Source of the DNA: an uncultured Bacteroidales bacterium
GTDB lineage: Bacteria > Bacteroidota > Bacteroidia > Bacteroidales > CAIWKO01
DNA length: 27,433 nucleotides
Direction: 5' to 3'
Assembly: GCA_964473775.1 (NCBI GenBank)
Contig: CAYYQJ010000001.1
Location: 1-27,433 of the forward strand
Shown here piece after piece: positions 1 through 8,377 of this stretch. Position numbers and translations under genes: made by a program. Under the pieces are notes generated by a model. That model was not told where the DNA came from, did not search any database, and saw only the letters and a program-made list of their open reading frames with translations. How positions within the stretch are numbered: the stretch's first letter is position 1; each line of letters opens with the position of its first letter.

Positions 1-283
1 CCTATCATTATTTGCAGGTTTTTATGCGATAAAGGTACAAATTCCCGTATTAGAAAACAGCAAATAAAAATTACAATATATTAACTGTCTTGTGTTTATA
101 TCTTTTTTAAGGAACAACTAAATAGTTTAATACCAATAGCGATAAGAGTTTTTCAACAGACACTAAATAAAACCATTTGAAACTTTACTCAATTTACTTG
201 TGTTTTTCAACAGATAACAATAGCGTTGAAAAAGCATATAACCATAAGCTTGTTCGTAGATTTATCAAGTTGACTTGCAATAA

Positions 284-952
284 TCATTTTTCCCAACTCA
301 CATTAGTTCGTAAAACTTTAGCAGGAATTCCGCCTAATAATAAACCAGCTTCTTCAAATGATTTTGTAACAATTGAACCATTTGCAACAACAGTATTATT
401 AGGTAATTTTACACCTTTATTAACTATTACCCGACTACCAATCCATGTGTGTTTCCCCACAATAATAGACGGATCTCTATCACTCAAGCTATGGTTATAT
501 AAAACTTTATGAAAATCGGTATCCATAATTTGTATTTGCCATGATAACAGAACATCATCACCAAAAATAATTTTATTATCACAAACAATGGTTGATTCCG
601 CCGTAATAGTAAAATTGTTTCCAAAAGTCAAATTTCCTCCACAACCGATTTTTGAACCATGACCAATATCGGCTTTTCCCTTGAAAACTATTTCCCCCGA
701 AATATTCATAACTGTTCTGCTATATTTACTGTCAAATATGGGGACATCCCCAAAACCAATTCTTATCATTCCGATTGAAATCTTTTCAGAATCAATAATA
801 ATAATTCCTTTCAACTTAGAAAACCGTGTTCTTCTCGAAATAAATACCGGTAATTTTTTTGCAATCTTAAAAGGAAAGTAATTAAAATTAAAACGCATCG
901 TTTTCCAAAATGATATGCGCTTAACAAATAAAAGCAATTTGCTAATCTGCAC
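284..952 (-). CDS. Left-handed beta-helix (hexapeptide repeat) O-acyltransferase of the polysaccharide locus
   Basis: 222-aa ORF with hexapeptide repeats and the maltose/galactoside acetyltransferase-type C-terminus (IIVGKHTWIGSRVIVNKGVKLPNNTVVANGSIV...GGIPAKVLR). It overlaps the wzx stop by 11 nt. The exact start is uncertain. Confidence 0.85.
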   Translation of the reverse strand: MQISKLLLFVKRISFWKTMRFNFNYFPFKIAKKLPVFISRRTRFSKLKGIIIIDSEKISIGMIRIGFGDVPIFDSKYSRTVMNISGEIVFKGKADIGHGSKIGCGGNLTFGNNFTITAESTIVCDNKIIFGDDVLLSWQIQIMDTDFHKVLYNHSLSDRDPSIIVGKHTWIGSRVIVNKGVKLPNNTVVANGSIVTKSFEEAGLLLGGIPAKVLRTNVSWEK

Positions 953-2402
953 TGTTTTTTTTCAAAAATATTTTTGGGAAAAAAGGTATTGCTAATAACA
1001 AAAACTCTTTATATATAGTAAACCCAAAAAATTTCATAAGTAAGAAATATATGCCTGCCTGAAAAATTGTATTAACAAAAAGCAACCAAAAATAACTGGA
1101 AATCAAATTCGCCGAAACATAGTATATTAATATCGACGGCAATATGCAGATAATAACATGAAACATCTTATAGTACTTCTCTATTGAAAAAAAACCATTG
1201 TTATACATTATCACTTCATAAATAATAAAATAAAAATAGTATGCTAACAGCCATCCAATAATTATTGTAGAAATCCCTTTATTAAAAGTTATTATCAAAG
1301 CAATACCAATAAACAGTTTTTGCAAAATATCCATTGTCAAAAAAAGTTTTGGTTTATTTGCGGACAAAATGGTAGTAGAATTAAAAAAAGCCAGTAAAAA
1401 AATAAACCCTGCAATAAAATATAAATGCATGTAGGGAACTGCACCAATCCATTTATCAGTTAGCAGAATTCTCACAATCGGCTCAGAAAGCAAAAATAAA
1501 TATAAACTTAATGGTGCTACAAAAAAAAATAATAAACCATAAGTTTTAATATACATGATTTTATGTGCCTCTATTTCATCAGTTTTATTTACCATTGATG
1601 GATATAAAACCTTATTGAAGGACACTCCTGTTTGAATGATAAATAAATCGTAAAACTTTTGCCCTCTAGAATAATTCCCTAACGCCTCCGTTTTATAAGT
1701 CCTCCCAATTACTAATGAATGAATTTCTCTAAAAATATTTTCCAGAAGACCTTGAACAAATACCTTAGAACCAAATTTGAACTGCTCCTTAAATGAAGTC
1801 CAACTGAATTTAAACTCAGGAACCCACTTAAAAATATACCAGATGCCGAGCATCCTCAATATATTACCACTAAGTGTCTGAATGATTAATGCCCAATAAT
1901 TACAACCCATTAAAGCCATGACAAAACCTATTATCCCACTAATTATCGAGGTTGTAAGATTAACTATCGCCAGTTTTTTGAACTGTATAGCCTTAATCAA
2001 CTTAATATTATGTATATAGCAAAGTCCATTTATAATAAGGTTTATACTAGTAATTCTCATTATTTTTTCAAGAGCCGGCTCATTAAAATAATCAGCAATA
2101 TAGGATGCTGAAAAGAAATACAAGAAAAAGAAAAAAAGACTTATTACTATGTTAAACAAATAACCTGTAGAGAAATCAATATTAGTTACGTTTTTTTTCT
2201 GAATAAGAGACGTTCCAAACCCCCAATCGGATAGCCATATAGCCACACCAAGAAATAGTCCCATATAGGCAACCAGACCATAATCATGCGGGGTAAGAAT
2301 ACGGGTAATCGCAATTGCAAATATAAATTTCAAAGCAAAACCTGTATAGGTATCCAATAAACTCCAAATCGTTGCTTTTGCTGTTGCGTTTTTCAATGCC
2401 AT
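942..2402 (-). CDS. wzx: Wzx-type oligosaccharide flippase (MOP/PST family)
   Basis: 486-aa multi-TM protein with ITRILTPHDYGLVA, DWGFGTSLIQKK and LGNYSRG motifs typical of WzxC-like flippases; lies in a capsule locus. Confidence 0.9.
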   Translation of the reverse strand: MALKNATAKATIWSLLDTYTGFALKFIFAIAITRILTPHDYGLVAYMGLFLGVAIWLSDWGFGTSLIQKKNVTNIDFSTGYLFNIVISLFFFFLYFFSASYIADYFNEPALEKIMRITSINLIINGLCYIHNIKLIKAIQFKKLAIVNLTTSIISGIIGFVMALMGCNYWALIIQTLSGNILRMLGIWYIFKWVPEFKFSWTSFKEQFKFGSKVFVQGLLENIFREIHSLVIGRTYKTEALGNYSRGQKFYDLFIIQTGVSFNKVLYPSMVNKTDEIEAHKIMYIKTYGLLFFFVAPLSLYLFLLSEPIVRILLTDKWIGAVPYMHLYFIAGFIFLLAFFNSTTILSANKPKLFLTMDILQKLFIGIALIITFNKGISTIIIGWLLAYYFYFIIYEVIMYNNGFFSIEKYYKMFHVIICILPSILIYYVSANLISSYFWLLFVNTIFQAGIYFLLMKFFGFTIYKEFLLLAIPFFPKIFLKKNSAD

Positions 2403-2532
2403 TATTAAAAATCTTGTTTAAATCTCTATCAACTTAATTCCAGTTGTTAGCAATTTAAAAATAGCAATTTTTTTTAAGTTATTAATCATAGGACTAAAAC
2501 ACATTCCCACAAATTACCAATCAAAAATTACA

Positions 2533-3057
2533 TTATTTAGCAAATTTCGCCATCCTAATGACGTTGTGCCAAGCTCCATTATAATAGAAATGATGTATAA
2601 ATTTACCTTCCTGAAGGAAGTCTAGATTACTGTAAAGTCTAATTGCATTAACATTACTCTCTAAAACATCCAAAGAAATTTTTTGTAAGCCCAACATATT
2701 GAAACCATAATCCAATCCAAGGTTCATAACTTCTTTACCCAATCCTAGTCCTCTTAAGTTTTTATTCCCTATTACTATACCTAAAAAGGCATGATTGTGT
2801 AGTTGATTAATTTCTCTTAGTTGAAAATAGCCAAAAAACTCTTTTGCTTCATTTAGTACAGCAGCAAAAATAATATTAGTATTATCTGTATTATTCAAGA
2901 TTTTATTGAGCCAATTTCGGTCTTGTTCCATTGTTACCAGATAGGGATGTGTAAGTGCCAAAAGCCTTAAATTCTTATCATTTCGCCATCCATGTATTAA
3001 ATCCAAATCCTCTAAAATCAGAGGTCTTAGATAAATTTTATCAGAATTCAGAACCAT
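2533..3057 (-). CDS. GNAT N-acyltransferase (RimJ/RimL, PseH-like)
   Basis: YLRPLILEDLDLIHGWRND N-terminus, acyl-CoA binding motif RGLGLGKE, and NVNAIRLYSNLDF. Confidence 0.85.
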   Translation of the reverse strand: MVLNSDKIYLRPLILEDLDLIHGWRNDKNLRLLALTHPYLVTMEQDRNWLNKILNNTDNTNIIFAAVLNEAKEFFGYFQLREINQLHNHAFLGIVIGNKNLRGLGLGKEVMNLGLDYGFNMLGLQKISLDVLESNVNAIRLYSNLDFLQEGKFIHHFYYNGAWHNVIRMAKFAK

Positions 3058-3058
3058 A

Positions 3059-4264
3059 CTATTCAGTTTTAATGTATTTTGATTTTATCAGACAGCTGAC
3101 CATTTCCGCTCTTTCTTTCACTTGCTCCAAATTTTCGCCAGATATTATTATGCACGCAGGTCTTTGACCACTATGTACAATCTCCTTTATTACATCGCCT
3201 GGTTTAATGAAAATATGAGCAAATATTATATCTCTTTCCAGTAACAAATCATTTATTGGCAATACTTCTATAACTTTTTTTCCTACAGGCAAATCGACAT
3301 ATTTGATGAAGGCATATTGCTTTTTGTCAGTATAGATATCTGGTTTAATACCTAAAGCAATTTGAACAGCAGCCTTATCCATATTAACTCCAGTAGATGT
3401 TTTTGTTAAATAGGATGATATAAAATCGCCCCCTAAACGAGCCCCAATTTCAACCACTTTAATAGAATCATTGGTGATTTTTAGTTCAGTATGAGTAGCG
3501 GTGTTATCTATTCCTAATGCATTAATTGCTTTTTTGGCAATCACTTCCATCTCATCTTTTTCTTTATTAGTAAGATTAGCTGGTTGTATATGACCCATTT
3601 CTACAGCTCTCGGATATGGAGTAATAATTTTTTCAGTAAATTGGACGATATGTGTATCCCCCTGAAAAGTAATTGCTTCAACGCTAAATTCACGACCATC
3701 AAGAAATTCTTCTATCAAACAATCTCTATTTGAAGAATAAACTGCGGTTTCTTTTGTATGTGAAATCAAATCTTCTAGTTTCTCTATCTTATAAACGCCT
3801 CTACTTGAATGGGAATCTATTGGTTTTATTATTAAAGGAAAAGATAATTTACTAGCCTGCAAAAACGCAGAATCAATAGTCACGAATTCATTAATTACCA
3901 CCCCGTGAGCACACGGCACCGCATTTTTAATAAACGCTTGCTTCATTAAGAATTTATTCCGACTTTTTGCAATAATCTCAGATGAATTAAAAATGCATCC
4001 TATTTCTTCAGCCAATCGTGCCATTAAATGAAGAGGATTCTCCATTTGAGCTGTGACAATCCCACCTACATTATGAGCATTAGCTATTCTCTTAGTAGAA
4101 TCATAATCATTACCCTCCACCTGATAATAGTAATCCGCATATTTTTTTCCTGGAGGATTAATCATTGGGTCGATAACAACGGTAACAACATTCAATTCTT
4201 TTGCAGCTTTTATTAGTTCCAATTGATTGATTCCAGCTCCAAATATCAAAATAGTCTTTCTCAT
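3059..4264 (-). CDS. ATP-grasp domain protein (putative amide-bond ligase)
   Basis: N-terminal ILIFGAG, then SRNKFLMKQAF, FPLIIKPIDSHSSRGV, LIEEFLDGREFSVE and VVEIGARLGG ATP-grasp motifs. Separated by 1 nt from the GNAT gene. Confidence 0.85.
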   Translation of the reverse strand: MRKTILIFGAGINQLELIKAAKELNVVTVVIDPMINPPGKKYADYYYQVEGNDYDSTKRIANAHNVGGIVTAQMENPLHLMARLAEEIGCIFNSSEIIAKSRNKFLMKQAFIKNAVPCAHGVVINEFVTIDSAFLQASKLSFPLIIKPIDSHSSRGVYKIEKLEDLISHTKETAVYSSNRDCLIEEFLDGREFSVEAITFQGDTHIVQFTEKIITPYPRAVEMGHIQPANLTNKEKDEMEVIAKKAINALGIDNTATHTELKITNDSIKVVEIGARLGGDFISSYLTKTSTGVNMDKAAVQIALGIKPDIYTDKKQYAFIKYVDLPVGKKVIEVLPINDLLLERDIIFAHIFIKPGDVIKEIVHSGQRPACIIISGENLEQVKERAEMVSCLIKSKYIKTE

Positions 4265-4368
4265 AAAACAAAAGGGTTCCTCTTACCTAGAATCACAACT
4301 TTTTCATAATGAATATTAAAAAAAAATTGTCATGAAACTGAAGTCTCTGAAGTTCCAGATTCAAAATA

Positions 4369-5556
4369 TTAATCAGGTTTGCTATATATTTTTTTAACGG
4401 CATCAATAACATCATCTGTTCCCTTTTTATTTAAGGAAGGATAAATAGGAAGCCTTAACAATCGGTTAAAAAAATTCATTGAACCAGGCATTTGATCATC
4501 AGTCGAAAGTTTCTCATAGAATTTGTTTCTATGTAAAGGTGTATAATGAACATTACTTAATACACCTTCAGCACGTAAAGCATCCATTATCCAATATTTA
4601 TCTTCTGGAGAAACTAAAATCCCAAAAAGATGCCAATTGTGTTGGCTATTTGAAGTTATTCGTAAAAAATCAAGTCCATCAATATTTGACAATCCCTTGA
4701 TATACTTTTCAGCAATATTATTTCTAGTTTTATTCATCCAATCCAACTTTAGGAGTTGTGTAACCCCCATAGCACCATTAATATTTGATTGTACATAAGA
4801 GTTGCCAATATCCACATATTCATAGTATCCTCTGGTTTTGTTGTCAGTAAGAAAAGAATACTTATCGGTTCCTTTTTCACGCAAAATTTTTACTCTTTCA
4901 GCAATTGCATCATTATTTGTTACTAAGGCACCTCCTTCACCAGTTGTCAGATTTTTTGTTCCATGAAAACTGAATGTAGAAATGTCTCCCTGACAACCGG
5001 TTTTCTTTCCTTTATAAAACGACCCAATTGACTGAGCTGTATCATGTACAACATATAAATTATATTTTTCGGCAATTGCCAATATTTCGTCCATTTCAGC
5101 AGGAATTCCTCCATAATCTACTGCGGCTATTGCAACAGTCTTAGAAGTAATATAACTTTCGAGTTTACTAACATCAAGGCTTCCATTATCCGGATAAACA
5201 TCAGCCAAAACTACATTAAGATTGTTATACATAGCAGCAATTGCTGTAGACGTATAAGTAAAATCAGGGCATATTACTTCACTTCCCACAGCAAAGTTCT
5301 TTACTCTAAAAGCAAGTTCTAATGCACTAGTGGCTGAGTTTACAAACAAAACGTGTTTCACTCCCAGATACTCTCCAAGCAGTTTTTCAAACAACCGACA
5401 CTCTGGGCCATCGCCTGAAAGGAAAGTACTTCTCATTGCTTTATCAACAGCAGCAAAATCACTTTCATCAAGATAGGGTTTATGAATGAGTATTGGTTCA
5501 ACTGAAACAGGTCTCCCTCCATTGATAGCAAGTGAAGGATTGTTTTTATTAAGCAT
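4369..5556 (-). CDS. DegT/DnrJ/EryC1/StrS PLP-dependent NDP-sugar aminotransferase, WecE/RffA-like
   Basis: VNSATSALE, VVHDTAQSIG, FSFHGTKNLTTGEGGAL (PLP lysine) and the REKGT..DIGNSY segment characteristic of WecE-like C4 aminotransferases. Confidence 0.9.
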   Translation of the reverse strand: MLNKNNPSLAINGGRPVSVEPILIHKPYLDESDFAAVDKAMRSTFLSGDGPECRLFEKLLGEYLGVKHVLFVNSATSALELAFRVKNFAVGSEVICPDFTYTSTAIAAMYNNLNVVLADVYPDNGSLDVSKLESYITSKTVAIAAVDYGGIPAEMDEILAIAEKYNLYVVHDTAQSIGSFYKGKKTGCQGDISTFSFHGTKNLTTGEGGALVTNNDAIAERVKILREKGTDKYSFLTDNKTRGYYEYVDIGNSYVQSNINGAMGVTQLLKLDWMNKTRNNIAEKYIKGLSNIDGLDFLRITSNSQHNWHLFGILVSPEDKYWIMDALRAEGVLSNVHYTPLHRNKFYEKLSTDDQMPGSMNFFNRLLRLPIYPSLNKKGTDDVIDAVKKIYSKPD

Positions 5557-5623
5557 TATTTTTTTTTGAAAATTTGTTAGCTATAGTTTATTTAAGAAAA
5601 TTTGAAGGATATAAACCGTAGGG

Positions 5624-6154
5624 TTATTTAATATCTCTCGCCTGCAAAATTGGATCTGAACATGGCCAGTTTATCCCTAGTTCTTTGTCATTCCACATAA
5701 TGGTCATTTGTTCGCCAGCATCCATATAATTGCCATCATAGGCAAGTTTGTAATGGAATACTGCAAAATCAGTTTCAACATAGTACCCATTAACAAAGCC
5801 AGGTGGAATAAGAACCTGTGAATATTCGTCAGAAGAAAGAACAAGGCTATCCCATTTTTTAAATGTGGGTGAATCGGGTCGCATATCGGCAACTACTTCA
5901 AAAAGTCGTCCCCATACACAGGAAACTAGTTTCCAAGTTTTATGATCGCCATGTAACCCTCGCAACACATTATACTTTGATTGTGCAAATTTATCATGCT
6001 TAAAATCCAGCTCTTTAGGAAGATTACTTTTATAGAAATCTTTATTGAAAGAAGAGTATATATTGCCTCTTAAATCCCAGGACACAGAAGGTTTAATAAT
6101 CAGTACCTCAGGGAAAACTAATGAAGCAGAAACTTCAATATCTTTATATGACAT
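5624..6154 (-). CDS. RmlC-fold (cupin) NDP-4-keto-6-deoxy-sugar 3(,5)-epimerase, resembling the Campylobacter Cj1430/MlghB/DdahB subgroup
   Basis: DLRG, NVLRGLHGD, VADMRPDSPTF and WND...GINWP...PIL motifs. FKHDKF, HGDxKTxKLV and an Asn (GFVNGY) where RmlC has His (GFAHGF) match my recollection of the GDP-sugar subgroup. Confidence 0.85.
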   Translation of the reverse strand: MSYKDIEVSASLVFPEVLIIKPSVSWDLRGNIYSSFNKDFYKSNLPKELDFKHDKFAQSKYNVLRGLHGDHKTWKLVSCVWGRLFEVVADMRPDSPTFKKWDSLVLSSDEYSQVLIPPGFVNGYYVETDFAVFHYKLAYDGNYMDAGEQMTIMWNDKELGINWPCSDPILQARDIK

Positions 6155-6180
6155 GAGTAATAAAATTTAAACATTAATAG

Positions 6181-7329
6181 TTATAACACATCTTCCATTT
6201 GTTGCCTAACATCAAACCCACCATCTCTTAAATAGGCTTCTCTTTTCATTAGATGAATATCGTTTTTTATCATTTCATTTATAAGCATTTCAAGATTATA
6301 ACGTGGTTTCCATCCTAATTTTGTATTTGCCTTGGATGCATCACCTATAAGAAGATCTACTTCAGTAGGTCGAAAAAAGAATGGGTCTACAATAATGATT
6401 GTCTCTCCAGCCCTAAGATGTAATGATTGTTTGCCAATCTTTTCTTCAAACAGAGCATGATCAATTTCATCAATAATGCCAACTTCATCTTTTCCATACC
6501 CCTTGAAAGCAAGCTTAATTCCAAAATACGAGAACGTTTTATAACAAAAATCTCTGACGCTGGTTGTAACACCTGTAGCAATTACAAAATCTTCAGGAAT
6601 GTTCTGCTGTAACATTAACCACATTGCCTCTACATAATCTTTTGCATGACCCCAATCTCTTTTTGCACCAAGATTTCCAAGTAACAAATGCTTTTGATAA
6701 CCCAGAGCCATATTTGCAGCTGCTCTAGTAATCTTTCTGGTTACAAAAGTCTCACCTCTAACAGGCGACTCATGGTTAAATAAAATTCCATTGCAGGCAA
6801 ACATATTATAAGCTTCACGGTAATTTACAGTTATCCAATAGGCATAAAGTTTGGCTACTGCATAAGGACTGCGTGGATAAAAAGGAGTGTTTTCCCTTTG
6901 CGGTATTTCTTGCACTTTTCCATACAACTCTGAAGTTGAAGCCTGATAAAATTTAGTTTTATTTTCAAGGCCAAGAATACGTATCGCTTCTAGCATTCTT
7001 AAGGTTCCTAATCCATCAGCATTCCCGGTATATTCCGGAGTATCAAAACTAACCTTAACATGGCTCATAGCAGCAAGATTATAAATTTCATCAGGTTGTA
7101 TTTCCTGAATCAAGCGAATAATACTGGTTGCATCAGTTAAATCGGTATAGGAATAATGAAATTTTGTTGGTATATCTTTATCTCTTTCAAATAAATGATC
7201 TATACGTCCGGTATTGAAAAGTGAAGATCTTCTTTTTAATCCATAAACTGCATACCCTTTTTTTAAAAGTAGTTCTGTTAAATATGCTCCATCTTGTCCA
7301 GTTACTCCTGTTACAATTGCTTTTTTCAT
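6181..7329 (-). CDS. gmd: GDP-mannose 4,6-dehydratase
   Basis: Highly diagnostic motifs: [63 protein letters not shown] and [10 protein letters not shown]. Confidence 0.97.
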   Translation of the reverse strand: MKKAIVTGVTGQDGAYLTELLLKKGYAVYGLKRRSSLFNTGRIDHLFERDKDIPTKFHYSYTDLTDATSIIRLIQEIQPDEIYNLAAMSHVKVSFDTPEYTGNADGLGTLRMLEAIRILGLENKTKFYQASTSELYGKVQEIPQRENTPFYPRSPYAVAKLYAYWITVNYREAYNMFACNGILFNHESPVRGETFVTRKITRAAANMALGYQKHLLLGNLGAKRDWGHAKDYVEAMWLMLQQNIPEDFVIATGVTTSVRDFCYKTFSYFGIKLAFKGYGKDEVGIIDEIDHALFEEKIGKQSLHLRAGETIIIVDPFFFRPTEVDLLIGDASKANTKLGWKPRYNLEMLINEMIKNDIHLMKREAYLRDGGFDVRQQMEDVL

Positions 7330-7383
7330 TTAATTAAGTATAAAGTTACCGTCATGAATATTTTTCATTTTTTTAGTTCCATT

Positions 7384-8313
7384 TTAATCAGAGGCAATCA
7401 ACTTCGTTAACCCCTCCTTAAAATTTGTAGTTACCTTAAAATTTAAGTTTTTCTTTGCCTTATCAATAGAGGCGAGAGAGTGCTTCACATCACCCAAACC
7501 AGGACTTTCGAATTGAGGCTGAATATTTTTACCCAACAATTCATTAATAATTTCCACCAGCTCAATTAAAGTATATCGTTCACCATAAGCAATGTTAAAT
7601 ATTTCGCCTGCTACTCCGGGAATGGTACATGCAAGTAAATTGGCTTGAACATTATTAGTAACATAAGTAAAATCACGACTTTGAAACCCATCGCCATATA
7701 TTATCGGTTTACGATCTTCTTTCATTTGCTTAATAAATTTGGGTATCACAGCACTGTATTGCGATGCAGGATCCTGATTAGGACCAAAAACATTAAAATA
7801 GCGTAGTATTACCGTTTCGACTCCATAAAGCTTATAAAATAGCTGACAATAACGTTCTCCAGCATATTTAGTTAACGCATAAGGAGAGAGAGGGGCAACC
7901 TGCATACCTTCTTCTTTAGGCAGAACCTCAGAATTGCCATAAACAGATGAACTGCTTGCAAAAACCAGTCGTTTTATATTAAACTCACGTGAAGCTTCCA
8001 AAACATTGAGAGTTCCATTTATATTTACCTCATTGGTAGTTATTGGGTCAATTACACTCCTTTGCACAGAGGGTAATGCCCCTTGATGAAGTATATAATC
8101 TACTCCTTTTACAGAATCGCGCACAATATGAAAAGATCTTAAGTCGCCTTCTATTATTTCTACATCTGGATGCTCGATATAGGTTGATAGATTTTTTCGG
8201 TTACCGGTAGAGAAATTATCAAGAACTCTTACTTTCTGGCCACGTGAAATCAACTCTTTTACAATATTCGAGCCAATAAACCCCCCCCCCCCAGTGACTA
8301 AATATAATGACAT
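7384..8313 (-). CDS. Extended-SDR NAD-dependent epimerase, probably a UDP-Glc/GlcNAc 4-epimerase (WbpP/TviC-like)
   Basis: LVTGGGGFIGS Rossmann motif, HQGALPSV, SSSSVYG, YxxxK (PYALTKY) and LRYFNVFGP. The start is placed at the ATG at 8313 (MSLYLVTG) because homologues begin just before the Rossmann strand; the ORF track's extra 19 aa are likely spurious. Confidence 0.88.
   Translation of the reverse strand: MSLYLVTGGGGFIGSNIVKELISRGQKVRVLDNFSTGNRKNLSTYIEHPDVEIIEGDLRSFHIVRDSVKGVDYILHQGALPSVQRSVIDPITTNEVNINGTLNVLEASREFNIKRLVFASSSSVYGNSEVLPKEEGMQVAPLSPYALTKYAGERYCQLFYKLYGVETVILRYFNVFGPNQDPASQYSAVIPKFIKQMKEDRKPIIYGDGFQSRDFTYVTNNVQANLLACTIPGVAGEIFNIAYGERYTLIELVEIINELLGKNIQPQFESPGLGDVKHSLASIDKAKKNLNFKVTTNFKEGLTKLIASD
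8281..8292 (-). repeat. G12 homopolymer (C12 on +) near the 5' end of the epimerase CDS
   Basis: Twelve consecutive C at 8281-8292, read as GGG GGG GGG GGG (Gly4) on the minus strand. Confidence 0.97.
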
Positions 8314-8377
8314 TTTTTCGATAATTTTTATTAGTAAAATGCGAGTTGTTTTTTGATAAGCTAATATCAAAAATCAG

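Noticed and set aside
133-226. Short repeats TTTTTCAACAGA (x2) and CAATAGCG (x2)
   Set aside because: They are short, AT-rich and in inconsistent order, with no structure or function supportable.
1-287. Gene starting at the ATGA overlap (287, minus), or a promoter plus ATG at the window's left edge
   Set aside because: The 287 frame stops after 26 codons. The near-consensus TACCTTTA box (~30-37, minus) and the ATG at 8 cannot be evaluated with only 8 nt of downstream sequence.
4369-5556. Calling this gene wecE or perA
   Set aside because: It is WecE-like in sequence but sits in a GDP-pathway context, so its substrate is undetermined.
5624-6154. Calling this gene rmlC/rfbC
   Set aside because: It lacks the second RmlC His motif, follows gmd, and has no rmlABD neighbours in the window; the symbol is withheld.
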